Below are positions 54,328 to 64,000 of a DNA stretch of 64,000 nucleotides, piece after piece. Position numbers and translations under genes: made by a program. The stretch lies in assembly GCF_009914755.1 (NCBI RefSeq), contig NC_060935.1. The stretch is one strand, 5' to 3'. This DNA comes from the human T2T-CHM13v2.0 reference genome, Homo sapiens. Position 1 is the stretch's first letter. The number at the start of each line of letters is the position of its first letter. Below the pieces are notes generated by a model, which worked only from the letters and a program-made list of their open reading frames with translations, was not told where the DNA came from and did no database searches.

Positions 54328-56286
54328 TAGTCCAAGGGGCTTCTGTGTGGGCAAAGGAATACCCTCTACAACTTCTAGTATAATTGATGTTCACTTTATC
54401 AAATTTATATGCCTAGTAAACAAAATTAGGACATAAGAATTTCTTTCTTTCTTTTTTCTTTTGAGACAGAGTCTAGCTCTGTCACCCAGGATGGAGTACA
54501 GTGGCATAATCTCGGCTCACTGCAACCTTCACCTCCTGGGTTCAAGTGATTCTCCTGCCCCAGCCTCCTGAGATTACAGACACACGCTACCACACCAGGC
54601 TAATTTTTATGTTTTTAGTAGAGACGGGGTTTCACCAAGTTGGCCAGGCTGGTTTTGAACTCCTGACCTCGGGTGATCTGCCTGCCTTGGCCTCCCAAAG
54701 TGCTGGGATCACAGGTGTGAGCCACTGAGCCTGGCCGGAAGTAAAAAATTCTAAGCTACGTTTTTACATTTAAATCCTAATTACAAACTATATTTCTTTT
54801 GGGTGAAAATAATAGAAAAGCTTGACTCAAAATGGCTTAAGCAATAAGGTTTTTTTTTTTTTTTTTTTTTTGAGATAGGGTCTCACTGTATCACTCAGGT
54901 TGGAGTGCGGTGGTACAATCAAGGCTCAGTGCAGCCTCAGCCTCCTGGGCTCAAGTGTTCCTCCTGCCTCAGCTTTTCATGTAGCTGGGACCACAGGTGC
55001 ATGTCACCATGCCTGGCTAATTTTTTGATTTTTTTTTTGATTTTTTTTTTTTTTAGAGATGGGGTCTCAATTTGTTGCCTAGGTTGAAAGGAAATTTATT
55101 ATCTCCCATAACATGAAATCAGGAGGTAGGGTGGACTCGAGCACAATATGTCTGGGCTTGGGCTCCATTTCCTGTGATTCTCTCATTGCTGCCCTTCTCA
55201 GTGTATTTGTATCATCCTCAGCTAGCAATGTGGCTGGTGCAGTGCCAATGTCATATCCAGACACAGTTCAGAGGAGGAAGTGGGATTCTTACTATTTCCT
55301 TTTTTGGGGGACTGTGGAAACCTCTCCTAGAAGCCTCACAGTGGACTTTTCCTGAAACCTCATTGGCCAGAACTGTGTAACACACCTGTTCCTAAATGAA
55401 CCACTGGCGAGAATGGGATTGCCAGTTGGCTTTCACTAATCATCTCAGAGTGGAATGAATGTTGGGAGTCTATCATAAGGATCACTACATAAACTTAATT
55501 TAAATTCCCTTAAAGAATCTAAATTACAATAATAGATTCAATAAGACTGATCTCTTAAACCCTGCAAACATCCTAACACATCAAACCACAGAGAGAAACA
55601 TGAAAATAAAATGATCACAAAGGCTAAAACTACACTTAAATCTAATTTTAAAACATTAAAATCATGGATTTAATTTATTTTTATTGCCTCTACACTTATT
55701 CTTATAAGTAATATTTATTTTGGTATTTTTCTAGGGTTACAGTAATATTACTAGACCCCAAATTCAAATAAGAGTATTTCATACCGGCCAAGGTTGTAGG
55801 TTATTTATCTTATTTGTTTGAGATTGATTCTTGGCTGGAGCAGGGGACTTGGTGGCACCTTCTAAACCTTAGTCAGCACGCATTAGGGTGCCTCTTACAT
55901 CCTTTTAACAACAGAATTGTATAAATTAATTTACATACCATACAATTCACCTGTTTAAAGTTTAAAATTCAATGGTTTTTAGTATACTCAGAGTTATGCA
56001 ACCATCACCACAATCAGTTTTACAACATTTCCATCACACCAGTAAGAAACCCCTTAAACAGTCACGCTCCAATTCCCCCCTCCTCCTGGCCGTGGGCAAC
56101 CACCAGTCTACTTTCTGTCCCTTTGAATTTGCCTTTTCTGGACAGTTCACGTGAATAGAATCATACACTATGTGGAGGCTGGGCACCTTTTAATCATTAA
56201 ACTTTACTTGTTGTCAATGGCACTTGCCATGTCTATACTCTTCATAGGGGATTTCCTGAAATTATGTATTTAAACATTTTTTTTAG

Positions 56287-56445
<159 letters not shown>

Positions 56446-56692
56446 TAATCTTTGGTAGAGACAGGGTCTCTCTATGTTGTCCAAGCTGGTCTCTAACTCC
56501 TAGCCTCAAGTGATCCTCCTGCCTAGGCCTCCCAAAGTGCTGGGCTTACAGGTATGAGCCCCAGCACCCAGTCTCTGTATTTTTAAAATTTTGCTTGGTT
56601 AGTATTATATAATTGATTATAGTGTCTTTGTTATACATTAACCTAGATGTTTGGAATGATTGGAAATATTTACATGCCTTATATATTAGACA

Positions 56693-58529
56693 TTCACTCC
56701 CTTCCTTACTTCATTCATGCCTGTCTTCCATTCCACTTTCTTTTCTTCCTTCCACAAATATGTATTGAGCAACTTCTGTGTATCAGATATTGGAGTGCCA
56801 GGCCCTGGAGATCCAACAGTGGACATGCATGCACGGCCCTTTCCCTCGTGGACTCATGGCTTGGTGTAGTCCTGTCCCTTCTGCTGATGACTTGAGGAGG
56901 CCATGCCATGTGGGTGCTGCTGAGTTACCACTCAGAATGATACAGCAAGCCTTCAGAGCAGCTTCCTTCTCCTTCCCGTGTTTCCAATCTTTCCTCATCT
57001 CTTCAGCCATCTAACCCTTGACATACTATCTTCAGGTGTGTAATTACATAATGTATGCAGACTTTTCTGTAGATACATAACAGAATAACAACTCATAAAT
57101 ATATATCAGGTTTGCTTTGTTATCAGGTTTTATTTGATTAAAATACTAAACTGTTTGTTTATCTCATACTTCGATTCTTCCATAAAAGGATTAAATTTGA
57201 AGCATAGTACAGGTTATTTATAAATAGCCAAAGTATACATGTGCAGAGCTAACTGGAAAATCTTACAGTTGAGCACTAAATTTAGTTTAGACTACAAATG
57301 AATGCAAACAAATTTGCATCAATGAAGAGAGTTCTGAATGGTAATATATTATTCAAATGAAGATTATAAAAAAGAAGAGGTTACAATAATAAATTTGGTG
57401 ACAGGTTAAAAATTAAGGAAGTATGTGGTAGAGAACATTACTGAAGTTTCTATTTTAGAATAAGATAGAGTTGGATAAAAATCAAACATTTTAATAAAAA
57501 CCTATGGTCTTAAAAAGAAAAATATTCTTCAGTTGTATCCCCTGGAAACAATGTCCCTCTAACTCATTATCGAATTGTTTTATTTCTTGTATTTTTTTTT
57601 TTTTGTTGTTGTTGTTGTTTGTTTTTTTGAGACAGAGTCTTGCTCTGTCTCCTAAGCTGGAGTGCAGTGGTGCGAACTTGGCTCACTGCCACCTCTGCCT
57701 CCTGGGTTCAAGTGATTCTCGTGCCTCAGCCTCCTGAATAGCAGGGATTACAGGTGTGCGCCACCACCCCCGGCTAATTTTTTTTTAAATTTTTGGTAGA
57801 GACGTGGTTTTGCCATGTTGGCCAGGCTGGTCTCAAACTCCTGGCCTCAAGTGATCTGCTTGCCTCAGCCTCCCAAAGTGCTAGGATTACAGGCTTGAAT
57901 CACTGTGCCTGGCCTATTGTATTTCTTCTGTTAAGTTTATTTTGCATATAAAATATATTTTTCTCTGCTAATGAGGGAAGAGTGTATTCAGGGAACTTGT
58001 GAGTAAGCCAAAGAGTTATGTAAAAAAGCAGGAATTATACCAAGAACAGGAAAAACTGAACAACCTTCATGGTCACTTAATAACCAGGTAAAAAGAGAGT
58101 CTGATAATGTGTTACAAAATGGTGTGTAAATCAGATGCCATTAAAAAAAAAAAAAAAAAAAGCTGACCCTGCAGACTCAATCCTTCCTTTCCTGGCTGGT
58201 AAAACCTTTGAATGACACTATTAATAAAGATTAGATAAGGGGGGACTGGAAACATGGGAAGGAGGAGGAAGCTGCTCTGAAGGCCTGCTGTATGGTTCTG
58301 AGTGGTAACTCAGCAGCACCTACATGGCATGGCCTCCTCAAGTCATCAGAAGGGACAGGACTGCACCAAACCATGAGTCCACGAGGGAAAGGGCTGTGCA
58401 TGCATGTCCACTATTGGATCTCCAGTGCCTGGCATAATACCTGATACAGAGAAGATGCTGAATACATATTTGTGGAAGGAAGAAAGGAAAGAGGAAAGGA
58501 AGGCATGGAGAAAAAAGGAAGGGAGTGAA
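56693..58529. repeat. Long inverted repeat: arms 56693-56986 and 58247-58529, spacer 1260 bp
   Basis: Manual alignment of the 191-nt core gives 11 substitutions plus one 3-nt indel. Confidence 0.95.
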
Positions 58530-59198
58530 GAACGGAGGAAAAGATGTTCTATGCTTTCCCAGAGGGAGAGGATGAATGGCGAGTGATGACCTCTTCTCTA
58601 CTACTCTCTCCTATTAGTTTCTTGTGTGGAGTCAGAGGCCTGAGTTGTTCTGTCCTTATTGAGTCAATAATTGGGCACAGGACAGGTGGATATTCAGCCT
58701 GAGGCTGAACTGGACCTTGGAAACCAGTATTTGCCCTGTCCTACTTGGATGCCAATATTTGCCCAGAAACTCTATGGATACGTAGCTGTCAGTTAGAGGT
58801 TTGCATCAGATTCAAACCGTAGATGTTCTCGTTAGAAGAAGATGTTAGGAAAGAGGAAACACGTGAGTATCCCAGAATTAGGACTTCAGAGGAGCTTCAG
58901 AGCTGCTTCCAACTGTCTCCTCTGCTTCTAACTGTCTCCTCTGCTTCTCTCCCACAAGCTGAAGTCAATGGCTACAGTAGCCATAATTGAAGGGTTCTTT
59001 GCCACTCCCAGTTCAAGTAGGCTAAAATTTCATCCAGTGGAGATTAATTTACACTTGTAGGTTAATACCCATGATGGCTGGAGCATTGGTCATTCACTCC
59101 TGAATATAAATTGCTTTAATTTAGATTGGTTTCCCACACTTAGGAGAAGATTTTGATGGAGAGAGTGGAGGGGAGATTTTGGACCCCTCTGGTGGTGC

Positions 59199-59300
59199 TC
59201 CTTCCTTCCGTCCTCCGTCCCTCCCTCCCTCCCTCCCTGCCTCCCTCCCTTCCTCCCTCCCTCCCTCCCTCCTTCCCTCCCCTTTTCTCTTTCTCTCTGT
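59199..59300. repeat. (CCCT)n polypyrimidine tract at an Alu tail
   Basis: Direct reading; (GGGA)n on the minus strand, so G4- and H-DNA-prone. Confidence 0.9.
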
Positions 59301-59472
59301 GTTTCTTTTTTTTTTTGATACAGGGTCTTGCTCTGTCACCTAGGCTGGAGTGTGGTAGTACAATCACAGCTCACTACAACCTCGAACTCTTGGGCTCAAA
59401 AGACCCTTCCACCTTGACCTCCTGAGTAGCTAGGACTACAGGCAAGTGCTACCACACCTGGCTAATTTTTAA

Positions 59473-59601
<129 letters not shown>

Positions 59602-59661
59602 TAGCTGCATTTTCTTAGTCTTTTTTTCATGGGCTCCTCTTTAAGCCACTCCTTAATTTTA

Positions 59662-60172
59662 GCTGACCCGTATCCCCACCCCACGTAGTTGAAAATTCTC
59701 TTATAACTTTTGACTTCCCCAAAACTTGACTACTAATAGCCTCCTATTGACCAGAAAAGGAAGAAAAAAGCTGGAGGCCTCACACTTCCTGGTTTCAAAA
59801 GCACTACAATGCTATAGTAATCAAAACAGTATGGCACTGGCGTAAAGACAGACATATAGACTAATGGAATAGAATAACAGTTAATAAACATAAACAGTTG
59901 ATTAACACATATTTTGTATGTTATATTTATTATATACTGTATTCTTACAATAAAGCTATAGAAATAAAATATTAAGAAAATCATAAGGAAGAGAAAACAT
60001 ATTAATATTTATTAAGTGGAAGTGGATCATCATAAACTTCTTCATGATGAGTAGGCTGAGGAGGGGGAAGATGAGGGATTAATCCTACTGTCTCTGAGTG
60101 GCAGAGGCAGAAGAAAATCTGCATTTAAGTGGACCCACACAGTTTAAACCTGTGTTGTTCAAGCATCAACTG
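59662..60172. mobile_element. Tigger2a/MER28-like DNA transposon carrying an internal L1 fragment
   Basis: TATAACTTTTGACTTCCCCAAAACTT...GTGTTGTTCAAGCATCAACTG followed by TA. Confidence 0.75.
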
Positions 60173-60402
60173 TACATGTATGTTACACCTGAGCTGGGCA
60201 TTACCCACAAGTCCTTGGGCTGCACTCTTGCCTTTGACCATAGGAACCATGAGAAAATCTCAGGCATTTCTTCAGGCTCTGCCTCTTGCCCTTGGGTTTG
60301 GATCCATGACTTGGCCTGTTCTCCCTGATTTCTCCACCTCTGGGTTTATGCCAGATTCCCCTCCTCTCTGTCTTGTCCTGAGATTTCACTACTCGACTTG
60401 GC

Positions 60403-63315
<2,913 letters not shown>

Positions 63316-63344
63316 CCTGGCTTTTTGATTCAGTTTCTCCTTAA

Positions 63345-63692
<348 letters not shown>

Positions 63693-64000
63693 TGATCCCC
63701 CTGCCTCGGCCTCCCAAAATGCTGGGATTACAGGCATGAGCCACCGCACCCGGCCTGTTTTGTTTTGTTTTTGCTCCCATACGTCTGCACATGCAGCTAC
63801 CTGTTTCTGGAATGTCATTCCTTCCCCTCTATAGCTATCTGTGAACTTTAATTCTCAAGTCTCAAATGCCACATGTAGTAAGCTTCTCCTGACTGTACTC
63901 TTACCTCTGTCCTCGGTGGGTCAGGCTGATATGGATTTTCATGCCTTCAATGCAGCAGTAGATCTGGCCTTGGTCCCAGTGGAATTATCACTAAATTGGG

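Overview
Human (primate) genomic DNA. The window opens with the last intron and final exon of WEE1 (+ strand). The coding part is 599-752 (ELKKAQMAKAAAEERALFTDRMATRSTTQSNRTSRLIGKKMNRSVSLTIY*), which the supplied ORF track misses, followed by a 3'UTR to about 1908. The remaining ~62 kb is intergenic; from recalled gene order on 11p15.4 it runs toward SWAP70, which is not in the window. It is very repeat-rich: roughly 70 Alu copies or fragments by eye, plus L2, L1, MaLR/ERV1 LTRs and hAT/Tigger DNA-transposon fossils. Landmarks are an RPL23A processed pseudogene (18.3-18.8 kb), an orphan CpG island with two divergent CTCF-like motifs (25.5-26.7 kb), a full solo LTR12C pointing back toward WEE1 (34.2-35.8 kb) and an internally deleted CHSY1 retrocopy (42.0-43.5 kb). 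The least explained structure is a set of five local copy-paste events: 105-290 bp segments duplicated 0.9-2 kb away, direct or inverted, mostly landing inside old transposons. One is a ~93%-identical inverted repeat around a 1.26 kb spacer. I found no evidence for a new protein-coding gene; nearly all ORFs in the track are Alu, L1, LTR or GC-content artefacts. Repeat subfamily names are from memory of consensus sequences and need RepeatMasker confirmation.
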